From an uncultured Verrucomicrobiae bacterium (GTDB lineage: Bacteria > Chlamydiota > Chlamydiia > Chlamydiales > Rhabdochlamydiaceae), in NCBI GenBank assembly GCA_963813135.1, contig CAWEXY010000020.1, positions 1 to 29,299 of the forward strand: a stretch of 29,299 nt of DNA, read 5' to 3'. Positions 1-8,776 of the stretch are shown here, in pieces (position 1 is the stretch's first letter; every line of letters starts with the position of its first letter). Position numbers and translations under genes: made by a program. The notes beneath the pieces are model-generated. The model was not told where the DNA came from, made no database searches, and saw nothing but the letters and a program-made list of their open reading frames with translations.

Positions 1-34
1 GGCAATCTCTAACTCGTCTGGAAAAAAATGTCAT
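1..34 (-). CDS. Possible 5' end of a gene running off the window (MTFFSRRVRDC...)
   Basis: ATG at 34 preceded by purine-rich AGGGGGA; open to the window edge; too short to assign. Confidence 0.3.
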   Translation of the reverse strand, partial: MTFFSRRVRDC

Positions 35-111
35 AGTTAAGTCCCCCTGAGAGGCAATCCTGAAAATACTTTGTAGTTTCAGCGCAAGAGGAGAAGTGAA
101 GAAGGTCTCCT

Positions 112-833
112 TCAGACCAACAAAACGTGGATTATTATATCGGCGATAAAAGATGCGTGAACATTGCAGCCCACAATCCCCTAAAACAATAAAGCCAACC
201 AAGTATAATACCTGGAATTCCATTTAGAATAAGGATGCGGGCAACTTCGAGGCCAGTGAGAGGTACGAGCTTAGAAGCGAGGGCGAAATGGCCTGCGCCA
301 AAAATAAGCGCCATAATGAGGACCGCTGTCCATAACAGCTTGGTACGCTCTGTCTTTTTGAATATCTTTCGGAGTAAAAAATACAGAAGCGTCAGAAGAA
401 AGAGCCGCATGAGGACTTCTTCGTTGATGGCTCCATAGATCGAAGCGAGAGCTCCTGCCGCAGCGGGTGGATGCATTGGGGCGAGGCTGGATGCATAGAA
501 GATCCATTTGGAAAGGACAAATAAAATAAGCCCAATGGCAACGCCCCGAATATTCCGGGATTGACCGTATTTTTGCGGAGTGCGTCGATGGAAAAGGCTG
601 CAGGTCGACGCGTTTTAATAATAGGTAGCTGAGCCAGCAGATCACACCCCAAAGAAGGGGTGTTTGGACCAAGCAGGAAACAAGCAGGGCGGCGGCAGAG
701 GCCGGGGCGACACCCAGAAAGTTGAGATAAGGCAGGGAGCCCATTGGCCCAGGATGCAGCCGATCCACAGAAAAATCAAAATGCGCTTATTATTTTGCAT
801 AGCATCCTTGATGGGAAAAATTTTAGAATTCAT
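112..833 (-). CDS. CPBP (CAAX protease/Abi) family intramembrane metalloprotease, split by several frameshifts
   Basis: Motifs NEEVLMR (EExxxR), IFGAGH (FxxxH) and LWAAMFTH in ORF 135..476. Hydrophobic N-terminal pieces lie in overlapping ORFs 642..863, 271..768 and 392..652. The C-terminus continues in another frame as FIADIIIHVLLV* ending at 112. Start (833 or 800) uncertain. Confidence 0.8.
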
Positions 834-916
834 GAAATTAGCCTTATACAAAGCATTTTTCACTATCAGATGGCGATTTTACAAGGATGTTTTGCAAATC
901 ATTGATTTCCAAAAAA

Positions 917-1384
917 TTACGTTAAGCGATCGAAAATTTTTCCTGCAACAAAAGCAGCAAAAAGACCTGTGACTAGAGCTATAACGGTCTTGCTTTGAGA
1001 AGAAAAAGGATTGAAAGAAAATTTTCCAGGTATGTGGACTCGAGCGTTTTTATCTGCTCTTGGTATAGACTGTGCAAATCTGGTTAAGGCGGAAAAAATT
1101 GTAACGAAGAACATTATTCCTACAGCGATCTGGAGATTTCTTCTAATCAAGGGATCAGAATATTTAATGAAATCGACGACGGGTCCTTCAGCCCCCTGAG
1201 AGATGCAGACAGGTCCCGTGAAATGAACTTCTTGATCGAGAACTTTAACGCGATCGGGAAATTCTTTTTGTAATTTTTCTACATCAAGGCCTTTAAGCCA
1301 GGATTTATCAACGTCTGCAGAAAAAAGAGCGCAGGTCTTTCCCAAGTGGCAGCCAAAACCAAATAAAGAAATGCTCGTTCCCAT
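917..1384 (-). CDS. Hypothetical membrane protein with two C-terminal hydrophobic segments
   Basis: GGAGG Shine-Dalgarno 5 nt before ATG at 1384 (MGTSISLF...); hydrophobic stretches IAVGIMFFVTIFSAL and VIALVTGLFAAFVAG; AT-richer than the neighbouring T3SS genes. Confidence 0.7.
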   Translation of the reverse strand: MGTSISLFGFGCHLGKTCALFSADVDKSWLKGLDVEKLQKEFPDRVKVLDQEVHFTGPVCISQGAEGPVVDFIKYSDPLIRRNLQIAVGIMFFVTIFSALTRFAQSIPRADKNARVHIPGKFSFNPFSSQSKTVIALVTGLFAAFVAGKIFDRLT

Positions 1385-1411
1385 AAGAACCTCCCAAGTT
1401 AATGCAAAAAC

Positions 1412-1441
1412 AGAATAGGTGATTAGAACCTTGGACGTCAA
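1412..1441 (-). promoter_or_regulatory. Putative sigma70/sigma66-type promoter for the 917..1384 gene
   Basis: TTGACG-18 bp-TATTCT on the minus strand; the -35 overlaps the pkn5 stop codon. Confidence 0.4.
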
Positions 1442-2988
1442 GTAATGCGATGGATGGCAAAAATGCTTTTGGAATTTTTTTGTGCGGCAAAACCGCCTTG
1501 AGTAGAGGCGAGTTTGAGAAGAGCTTCGGCTTGAGAGCTGGGGGAAAGCAGCATGTTCTGTTGGACGCCCTGAATGAGGGTCTCATCAAATGGCGTTGCG
1601 AAATCATGGAAAATCAGAAGATCGCCTGCATCCCAGTTATCGCTGACGGAGAGGAGTTCGTTGGGGCCTTCTTCGCCGAGGAGGGGATTGGGGCGAAGGT
1701 GCCTGCGGGCTATTTCACTGCCTTGGGGGAAATGGAGAAGAGAGGAGCCGCCGCAGGAATAGAATGTGAGCTGGTCAAGGCGGGGGCGGAGGAGCAGGTA
1801 AGAAAAGGTAAATCGGATGGAAGGAAGTTCTTCGCGGACTTTTTGCGTCAGGCGTGAAAGCCATCGGGGATCGGGATCGATGAGCGCGCGGACGAGCCCG
1901 TGCAAAACGCCGATGTAAATGCTGCTCTCAACGCCGGGCAGGTCGCACTCTGCAAGGAGAATGGCATAGCTGTCCGGGAAACGGAAATAATCGTAATAGC
2001 TGCCGACTTGTCCAAGCGCGCGGTACTTGGCCATGCCGATTTCAACGCCGGGCCATGTGGGGAGGGAAGAGGGAGATAGGGATTGTACGGAACGTTGGAG
2101 GGTCTCGAAGAGTTCTTTCCATTGATCGCTGCCGGGGCGATCGCGTTCGAGTCCGCCCGATTTGAGATATTGGGAAAGGTCGGTGATGAAGGAGATGGCA
2201 TCGGGGTATCGTTCTTGAGGAGAGATGGCGAGGGCTTTTTCGATGATTTTACGCAGGCCTTTGGGAAGGAGGGAGAGGTGAATGACCCCATAGCTGAGCT
2301 TGCCCATCGCGAGTTCGTAGGCGATGACGCCGAGCGCGTAGATATCGGATGCAAAGGTCATCTTGGAGGGATCTTCTTTTTGCTCGGGGCTCATGTAGAC
2401 GGGCGTTCCCATGATTTTTTCGGGGCGGGCGGGAATTTTTTTCGTTTCTTCGTGGAGGCGCGCGATACCAAAATCGATCACCTTCACGACGCCATCTTCG
2501 GTAATGAGAATGTTTTCCGGCTTTAAATCGCCGTGGATTACGCCGTGGGAGTGGAGGTGGCTGAGGGCGTAGCCGACTTGTAAAATGATGTCGATGCATC
2601 GTTTGAGGGAGAGCGATTGCTGGAGGATGAATTGACGAAGCGATACGCCGCGGATGAGCTCCATGGCGATATAAAGACCGCCTTCCCACTCGCCTTGTCC
2701 ATAGAGTTTGACGATGTTGGGATGGCTGGTCAGGCCGATGATTTTAGCTTCGTTTAAAAAGCGCTTGATCATTTCGGGGTGTTTGACGAACTCAGGGGAA
2801 AGAACTTTTACGGCGAGGGCCAGGCGTGTCGGGGGATGTACGCCGAGGTAGAGAAGGCTCATGCCTCCCTTGCTGAGGAGGGACTCGATGCGGTAGGGCC
2901 CGATATGCGAAGGAATAGGGCCTGCGCGCTCTTTAGGGGAAGAGAAGTCGGTGAGCGTCGGCTGATGGTAAAAAGTATCTTCCGGCAT
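1438..2988 (-). CDS. pkn5: T3SS-cluster Ser/Thr protein kinase Pkn5 with degenerate SpoIIE/PP2C-like C-terminal domain
   Basis: Hanks kinase motifs KGGMS, AVK, HGDLKPEN, DFG, GTPVYMSPEQ, SDIYALG; directly downstream of cdsQ as for CT673. Confidence 0.9.
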   Translation of the reverse strand: MPEDTFYHQPTLTDFSSPKERAGPIPSHIGPYRIESLLSKGGMSLLYLGVHPPTRLALAVKVLSPEFVKHPEMIKRFLNEAKIIGLTSHPNIVKLYGQGEWEGGLYIAMELIRGVSLRQFILQQSLSLKRCIDIILQVGYALSHLHSHGVIHGDLKPENILITEDGVVKVIDFGIARLHEETKKIPARPEKIMGTPVYMSPEQKEDPSKMTFASDIYALGVIAYELAMGKLSYGVIHLSLLPKGLRKIIEKALAISPQERYPDAISFITDLSQYLKSGGLERDRPGSDQWKELFETLQRSVQSLSPSSLPTWPGVEIGMAKYRALGQVGSYYDYFRFPDSYAILLAECDLPGVESSIYIGVLHGLVRALIDPDPRWLSRLTQKVREELPSIRFTFSYLLLRPRLDQLTFYSCGGSSLLHFPQGSEIARRHLRPNPLLGEEGPNELLSVSDNWDAGDLLIFHDFATPFDETLIQGVQQNMLLSPSSQAEALLKLASTQGGFAAQKNSKSIFAIHRIT

Positions 2989-3014
2989 ATCTTTTATGGT
3001 CCTGGAAAAGAGAA

Positions 3015-3075
3015 TTTAACGCAAAGACGCGGAGTCGCTAAGAGTTCTTTTGCGCCTTTGCGTCTTTGCGTTAAA
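3015..3075. repeat. REP-like palindrome copy 1 (cdsQ-pkn5 intergenic)
   Basis: TTTAACGCAAAGACGC ... GCGTCTTTGCGTTAAA 16-bp perfect arms; same family as 5712 and 21536. Confidence 0.85.
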
Positions 3076-3088
3076 AATCTTCTTCTCC

Positions 3089-4181
3089 CTATTTTTCAAT
3101 GTCGAGGACGCGAACTCCGAGAGTGTCGCCGAGCTTATAGAGCTCTCCTTGGCCAATGCGCTTGCCATGCGATGTAAGATCGACGCCTTGCTGCGGGCGC
3201 AAGAGCATGTCGAGGATATCGCCAGGCTTGGTCTCTAAAAGCCTGCCCAGCGTCATGCGCATACGGGCGACTTCGACGGCGAGGGGCATGGCCTTTTCGG
3301 CCACGGTCTCTAGAGGAAGCGGAGCGGGCTCTTCTTCTGTCAGTTCCATGGGCTCTTCTTCGAGGACGGGCGCTGTCTCTTCGTAGAAGGCGGCATCGTC
3401 GAGCACTTTGATGCCTTCGGGTTTGATGCGGCCGCGCAGGACAGGCGTCTCTCCCAGGAGGAATGTCACGGAGCCTTTTTCTTCCGTCGGGTCATACGAG
3501 ACATGATCGAGGGCGACAAAATCTCCGGGCATCACCTCGGACCATTCTTGCTCGGAGATCTGGGACGAGCCGGCTTGGATGCAGAGCTCTATTTCTTTAC
3601 TTTGCACATCGGGCATCTCGAGGAGCGGCATCTGGCGAATGGGCTCATAATTTTTAAATGCGTCCAAAAAGCTCTGGGACAAGGCGAGCTTGCCGTAAAT
3701 CGTTTTGTTGGGAAGTTCGAGGGCGATGTCGAGGATGAGAGCGTTGTCTTGGGTCAGCTCTTCTTCGAGGAAGAGGCGGAAGTGAACGTCTGGGAAGACC
3801 TGGAGTTTTTCGATGGCGTCGAGAGCTTCGAGCAGAAGATATTGATAAAAACCAATCTCTAAACGAGGGTCGATCATTTTTTCACGCCGCTCTGGCGAGA
3901 GGGTAAGAGCAATCAGATCGGAGATGTCATCCAAAGAGAGGGTCCATTGGTATGCTGCCGGCGATGGGAGCAAGTTCAATGCCGAAAACGACGGGCTTGG
4001 TCCCCATGCTGCCTAAAGTATCGGTGGGGCGCGCAGAGAGTTTAAGGTCGGGGATGTTTAAAGCCTCGGAAATGGCGGCGCAGGCGCGGTCCCAGGGAAA
4101 AGAAAATCCTTCTTCCCACGTCGGCAATTGCAGGCTGTTTTTTAAAGCGGATGTTATTTTTTCATGCCAATGTGACGTCAC
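3089..4181 (-). CDS. sctQ: T3SS cytoplasmic ring protein SctQ/CdsQ (one frameshift near 3950)
   Basis: C-terminal FliN/SpoA-like domain (LAVEVARMRMTLGRLL...VDLTSHGKRIGQGELYKLGDTLGVRV); N-terminus in ORF 3927..4181 overlapping the cdsP stop; synteny with CT672. Confidence 0.9.
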
Positions 4182-5149
4182 AAATTAGGCTCCCTCTTTC
4201 TGATGACTTTTTCTTTACGGCGCTCTGCGCTTTTCAGGCTCGTGTCTATTCTATGGATTCGGAAATTATAATTCCCTGCCTGAAATGCGTTCATGAGCTG
4301 GCCGACATTTTGTTCGATGAGCGCTATGTTCTGGCCGACAAATTCAATATTGAAAGTGAGCGGCGCGGCGCTGTACTGGCGTATGATCACTTCTGTTCCT
4401 TGAAGATGGGGAAACTCCTCGGCGCTAAGGTGGAGGATCGTTTCGGTGATGCCGCCTTCTTCCATGACCGTCATGGCGAGCCCCATGCGCTCAAAGAGCT
4501 GCTGTATTTCCTCGTTCTTAAAAAATAAGGCCGGGGACGTGGCGGGCGCCAAGAAAAGAGGAGCGGAGGGGATCGCCGAAGGTTGGGGCGGGGGCGGCAT
4601 GGCAGGCATAGCCGCCGGGGCTTTAGGAACTTCGCGCGGTTTTTGCTGAGCGGCCTTTACTTCAGCGACCTCTTCTTCTTCCTCTATAGGAGGCTGCACA
4701 GGCGGTTGGGGCGGGGGCAGAGGAGCGGCGGCTCCTTCGCGAGCGGTCTCTTGCGCTTTTTCTGCTTCTTCTTTTTGTACGCGGGCCTTCGCTTCTTTGG
4801 CGACTTCGGCTTTATTAACGTCTCGTGCAACCTCTTCGGGCCTTCGCTGCTCTTTTTTCTGCCTTTTTTCTGCTTCGCCGGCGCGTTGGATTTTTGGAGT
4901 TTTATGGAACCGCTGCAGTTCCGCAGGAGACCGTTCTTTGACGGGGGCCTTTCCGGAAAGGGCAGCTTTGGCCTTCTCTTCTTCGGTGGCTTGATGTCGC
5001 TCCCGTTTTTTTCCTTTTCCCTCGGGGTCGGTTTCGCCAACCTCCATCATTTTTTTGAATTTCTCCGCGTCGGTGCGCGAGACATCTTTTTTACCGCCGC
5101 CGGGTTCTGTTGGGCCGCTGGGGCCTTGTACTTTACTCACATCGACCAT
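4178..5149 (-). CDS. sctP: CdsP/CT671-like putative needle-length control protein
   Basis: Charged, Pro-rich low-complexity N-terminal region plus compact C-terminal domain (GITETILHL...GTEVIIRQYSAAPLTFNIEF); lies between cdsO and cdsQ. Confidence 0.75.
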   Translation of the reverse strand: MVDVSKVQGPSGPTEPGGGKKDVSRTDAEKFKKMMEVGETDPEGKGKKRERHQATEEEKAKAALSGKAPVKERSPAELQRFHKTPKIQRAGEAEKRQKKEQRRPEEVARDVNKAEVAKEAKARVQKEEAEKAQETAREGAAAPLPPPQPPVQPPIEEEEEVAEVKAAQQKPREVPKAPAAMPAMPPPPQPSAIPSAPLFLAPATSPALFFKNEEIQQLFERMGLAMTVMEEGGITETILHLSAEEFPHLQGTEVIIRQYSAAPLTFNIEFVGQNIALIEQNVGQLMNAFQAGNYNFRIHRIDTSLKSAERRKEKVIRKREPNL

Positions 5150-5155
5150 TTGGTA

Positions 5156-5674
5156 TCATTTCTCCGGAGGATGCTCTTTTTTTGTTTTTTTGACGACGAA
5201 CATCGCACTCCCCATTTCATCTGTAAGCGCCTCTTCTTCGAGCTGGATCAGATGCTCCATCTCTTTTTGCCATTCTTTCTCGTGTATTTTGAGCTTCTCA
5301 ACATCTTTTTGCTTTTTAAAAAGGTCCTGCCGAGCTTCTTCGACTTGGGTCTTGGCGTTTTGCACAACTTTCTGCTGATCTTCGACCTTTTTATCTTCTA
5401 TTTTCAGTTTTTCATCCACCAGCTTTAAATATTGGCGCATCTGCTGGATTTTGTCCGTTGTCGATCCTTTATCGATGGTCTCTCGAAATTGGCGGAGCTT
5501 GTCATCTCGATGGTCTTTAACTTCATCCCGCTTTTTTTCGAGAGCAACTAATTTTTCTTCTTCTTGCGCCAGGATCTTGCGTTTTTGCTCTAGGACTTTT
5601 TCGGCTTCTTCAAGCCGGCGCTGCTTGATGAGGATCAGTTGGTCGAGGGGATATTTTTTTTTGCTCTCTTCCAT
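5156..5674 (-). CDS. sctO: T3SS stalk protein SctO/CdsO
   Basis: 172-aa K/E-rich coiled coil starting YPLDQLILIKQRRLEEAEK, immediately downstream of the ATPase (CT670 position). Confidence 0.85.
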   Translation of the reverse strand: MEESKKKYPLDQLILIKQRRLEEAEKVLEQKRKILAQEEEKLVALEKKRDEVKDHRDDKLRQFRETIDKGSTTDKIQQMRQYLKLVDEKLKIEDKKVEDQQKVVQNAKTQVEEARQDLFKKQKDVEKLKIHEKEWQKEMEHLIQLEEEALTDEMGSAMFVVKKTKKEHPPEK

Positions 5675-5711
5675 AAAACTATTTAAGATACCAAGGGAAA
5701 TAAAGAGAGAT

Positions 5712-5773
5712 TTTTAACGCAAAGACGCAAAGGCGCAAAAGATCGGCAGCGCCTTTGCGTCTTTGCGTTAAAA
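5712..5773. repeat. REP-like palindrome copy 2 (cdsN-cdsO intergenic)
   Basis: 25-bp perfect inverted arms TTTTAACGCAAAGACGCAAAGGCGC / GCGCCTTTGCGTCTTTGCGTTAAAA with a 12-nt loop. Confidence 0.9.
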
Positions 5774-5816
5774 TTTTCCTTCTTCAGCTTTGGCACAAGT
5801 TTGTTGATCAATCTAT

Positions 5817-7136
5817 TCACCTAAAGAGCATGCGCAGCTGCGACAAAGTCTCTTCAAAAGTAGACTTTTCTTCGACTTGCTGCTTCAAAAATCGGTTGAC
5901 CTTATCGATATATTTAATCGCAAAGTCGGCTCCCTTGTCCGAGCCGGGTTTGTATTCGCCGATGCGGATCAGGAGCTCATTTTTCTTATAGTTGGAAAGC
6001 ACTTCTCGTATTTTACCGATGAGTTCGAGATGTTCCTTGTCGATGATGTTCGTCAGAACGCGGCTGATCGAAGCGAGGATATCGATAGCAGGAAAATGGT
6101 ATTGGCGGGCGAGGTCGCTCGATAAGATGATGTGGCCATCGAGAATGGAGCGGACCTCATCGGAAACAGGTTCATTGATGTCGTCCCCTGCGACGAGGAT
6201 AGTATAAAAAGCCGTGATCGACCCGACGTCGGAATTCCCAGAACGCTCGAGAAGGCGCGGCAAAGTGGCAAAGACGGAGGGCGTATAGCCGGCCCTGGCT
6301 GGAGGCTCGCCTGCGGCAAGGCCGATTTCGCGCAGAGCTCTCGCAAAGCGCGTAACGGAGTCCATCATCAGGATGACGGTTTTCCCTTGATCGCGGAAAT
6401 ACTCCGCAATCGCCGTCCCCACATAGGCGGCATTGATCCGCATTTGGGCGGCTTGGTCCGATGTGGAAACGATCACCACAGAACGGGCCAGTCCTTCCGG
6501 TCCTAGATCATTTTCGATAAATTCGCGCACTTCGCGGCCGCGCTCTCCAATCAGCGTGATGACGTTGACGTCGGCGACGGCATACCGGGAGATCATGCCA
6601 AGGAGCGTCGATTTTCCCACGCCGGCCGCGGAGAAAATGCCCATGCGCTGACCTTTGCCGACAGTCAGAACGCCATCGATGGCGCGGACGCCGACGGAAA
6701 GGGGCGTTTTGATCACTTGCCGTTTCAGGGGATCGGGAGGGGGATTCATGACGGAGTAGTCTTGATCGAGGACGAGAGGGCCGTTCACATCTTCATCGAG
6801 GGGGTTCCCTAGGCCATCGAGCACGCGCCCCAAAAGTTGAGGTCCCACTTTGATGTGCATAGGCATGCGCATCGGGATGACTTCCGACGAAGGCCCCACT
6901 CCGGTCATGTCGCCCAGCGGCGAAAGAAAGACTTCCTCTTTCGTGAACCCGACAACTTCGGCCATAAGAGGGTCGCCGCCTTCCCGCTTGATAAGGCATA
7001 CCTCTCCCATCTTGACTTGGGGGACGACAGCGCGGATGAGCATGCCCACCACTTCCGTGATACGGCCGTGGACGGTCGTCAGCTCGATGTCTTCGAGGTG
7101 CGAAAGGAGCTTGTCAAAATGGGATTTTTGTTCCAT
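5817..7136 (-). CDS. sctN: T3SS ATPase SctN/CdsN
   Basis: Walker A AAGVGKST, LIGERGREVREF, Walker B LMMDSVTRFA, GEPPARAGY, LDGHIILS; FliI/YscN family within the T3SS cluster. Confidence 0.97.
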   Translation of the reverse strand: MEQKSHFDKLLSHLEDIELTTVHGRITEVVGMLIRAVVPQVKMGEVCLIKREGGDPLMAEVVGFTKEEVFLSPLGDMTGVGPSSEVIPMRMPMHIKVGPQLLGRVLDGLGNPLDEDVNGPLVLDQDYSVMNPPPDPLKRQVIKTPLSVGVRAIDGVLTVGKGQRMGIFSAAGVGKSTLLGMISRYAVADVNVITLIGERGREVREFIENDLGPEGLARSVVIVSTSDQAAQMRINAAYVGTAIAEYFRDQGKTVILMMDSVTRFARALREIGLAAGEPPARAGYTPSVFATLPRLLERSGNSDVGSITAFYTILVAGDDINEPVSDEVRSILDGHIILSSDLARQYHFPAIDILASISRVLTNIIDKEHLELIGKIREVLSNYKKNELLIRIGEYKPGSDKGADFAIKYIDKVNRFLKQQVEEKSTFEETLSQLRMLFR

Positions 7137-7142
7137 TAGATC

Positions 7143-7793
7143 TTAAATCTGTACGTTGAAGAGCGTCTTCATATCATCCACGGCTTTTCCGAGCATGATC
7201 GACGCATATTCAATGTTTTGCTGGGCATGGGCCAGCTTGAGCTGGATGGCGAGGAAGTCTCCAGGGTTCAAGCTATCGCCCTTATCTTTCATAGAAAGAA
7301 GTTGATTTTGTGCAGCCATGAGGTTCGTTTGCCCCTCCGACACATAGTCGAGAAACTTGCCGATGATGCCGCCACCGCCCGAAGGAGCGAGGGCAGGAGG
7401 CGCCTCGGCGCCAAGCTTAGCATTGGCAGCTTTGACATTTTTGTTGGCATCGCTCAGCTTATTGCGGAGGAGATAGCGCGAAGACTGCTTGAGCTTAAGG
7501 TTAGGAGTTTGCAGCTGCGTATTGATATCGCCTAGCATCGTGTGGGCGGATTTGACCTGGGTAAGCAGGGTATCAAAAGTCGGCGCGCCCGTGAGAGGAG
7601 TTCCGGCCTGCGGCAGGTCAAAAGGAGATATCCCAGGCGTTCCTCCTGCTTGGGGAGCTTTTGCGGCTTGCTCCATATAAGATTCGAAAGACTGTCCGCC
7701 GGGAGGCGTGGGAGTTCCGCCTACCTTTTGTTGCTCTTCTCCGATTTTTTTAGTCGGATCGAGCCGCGTGACATCATCGGGCTTCGAGGTCAT
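7143..7793 (-). CDS. CT668-like conserved chlamydial T3SS-associated protein
   Basis: Position between cdsG and cdsN; C-terminus LNPGDFLAIQLKLAHAQQNIEYASIMLGKAVDDMKTLFNVQI resembles rod/needle-type helical hairpin ends. Confidence 0.75.
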   Translation of the reverse strand: MTSKPDDVTRLDPTKKIGEEQQKVGGTPTPPGGQSFESYMEQAAKAPQAGGTPGISPFDLPQAGTPLTGAPTFDTLLTQVKSAHTMLGDINTQLQTPNLKLKQSSRYLLRNKLSDANKNVKAANAKLGAEAPPALAPSGGGGIIGKFLDYVSEGQTNLMAAQNQLLSMKDKGDSLNPGDFLAIQLKLAHAQQNIEYASIMLGKAVDDMKTLFNVQI

Positions 7794-8239
7794 TTCTTAC
7801 CTTTTTTCTTCGGCGCTGTTTGGCCTTGCACGGGAGTGGGGGCTTTTTTGACAAATTTAGCGATAAAGTCCAGCGCTGTATTGGCCATACCCTTGACGGT
7901 GGCATCGTTGCTCTTTTTAAGGGCTTCTTGGAGGAGTTTTTCTCCTTTTTCCGCCTCTTTGATCGTCAGAGCGGTGCTGAGGCCGAGGAGGGCCCTTGCC
8001 ATCTCATTATTAGGCTCTTTTTTGAGAACTTCTTCGAAAAATTGATTCGCCTGTTTCAGTTCGAGCTTGAGCAAATGGACGTATCCAAAGCCAATTTTTA
8101 CCAAGAAATTTTCGGGTTTTAAAGCCTGGGCGGCTCGAAAGAGCTTCATTGCGGCATCTTCGTCGGCCTGATGCGCAGCAATATATCCTGCCTCGAGGAG
8201 GAGGAAGAAGTCGTCTTGGTATTTTTGAAGTTGTGCCAT
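7790..8239 (-). CDS. cdsG: TPR needle chaperone CdsG (CT667-like)
   Basis: DDFFLLLEAGYIAA..ADE..A.KLF and TPR-like helices; immediately downstream of the needle gene. Confidence 0.85.
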   Translation of the reverse strand: MAQLQKYQDDFFLLLEAGYIAAHQADEDAAMKLFRAAQALKPENFLVKIGFGYVHLLKLELKQANQFFEEVLKKEPNNEMARALLGLSTALTIKEAEKGEKLLQEALKKSNDATVKGMANTALDFIAKFVKKAPTPVQGQTAPKKKGKK

Positions 8240-8258
8240 ACCTTTTTTTTCCTACTAT

Positions 8259-8513
8259 TTAAGAAGATTTTTGGTTACGTACCGAGTTATTGATCATCGT
8301 CTGGACCTGTGAGATCAAGTTCGAGATCGAGTCGCCGATCTGGGTCACTTGGCTCATCTGGAACTGCAGCAAGAGAAAGCGACCTGGTGTTGCGACCGAC
8401 ATGCGGCTGGCCAGCGCTCTTACTTGTGATACGAGCTGGCTCTGGATTCTTTTATATTGGTCGATGAGATCTCCGAACGAGAGCGTGCACCAAACCGTGA
8501 GCTGATGGCCCAT
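8259..8513 (-). CDS. sctF: T3SS needle subunit SctF/CdsF
   Basis: 84-aa helical hairpin with F-x-LQF-x-M...S(I/V)SN pattern; lies between cdsE and cdsG. Confidence 0.75.
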   Translation of the reverse strand: MGHQLTVWCTLSFGDLIDQYKRIQSQLVSQVRALASRMSVATPGRFLLLQFQMSQVTQIGDSISNLISQVQTMINNSVRNQKSS

Positions 8514-8522
8514 TTTCTTCTC

Positions 8523-8759
8523 CTATTTTTTGTTAGAAATTCTTCCGAGCACTCTCTGCAAGGCCGTATAGGCATGGAGCAGTGTCCCTAATTTGTCTAA
8601 ATCAGGCCCTTTCGAACCTTCGCGCAGCGCGCCCTTAATCTCTTGAATTCTGCCTTCGACTTTTCTTTGAAGCTCCGGGATCTTGTTAGGATCTTTCTTT
8701 AGATCTTTTTCTAGATCGAACTCAAGTAGCGCCGTTGGTTTTTTTTCTAAGCCGTACAT
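8523..8759 (-). CDS. cdsE: Needle co-chaperone CdsE (CT665-like)
   Basis: 78 aa with FDLEKDL...IK..LREG...LL..Y.AL..V pattern; GGAG upstream; synteny. Confidence 0.85.
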   Translation of the reverse strand: MYGLEKKPTALLEFDLEKDLKKDPNKIPELQRKVEGRIQEIKGALREGSKGPDLDKLGTLLHAYTALQRVLGRISNKK

Positions 8760-8776
8760 AGAGGTATCTCCTGCTG

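Noticed and set aside
3927..3979. cdsQ as two genes or a programmed frameshift
   Set aside because: A single indel joins ...APIAGSI to QWTLSLDD...; no slippery run or RBS for the second part. An internal start for an SctQ C-terminal fragment also lacked a convincing Shine-Dalgarno.
3015..5773. CGCAAAG palindromes as a CRISPR array
   Set aside because: Copies are isolated kilobases apart, with no repeat-spacer periodicity and no cas genes.
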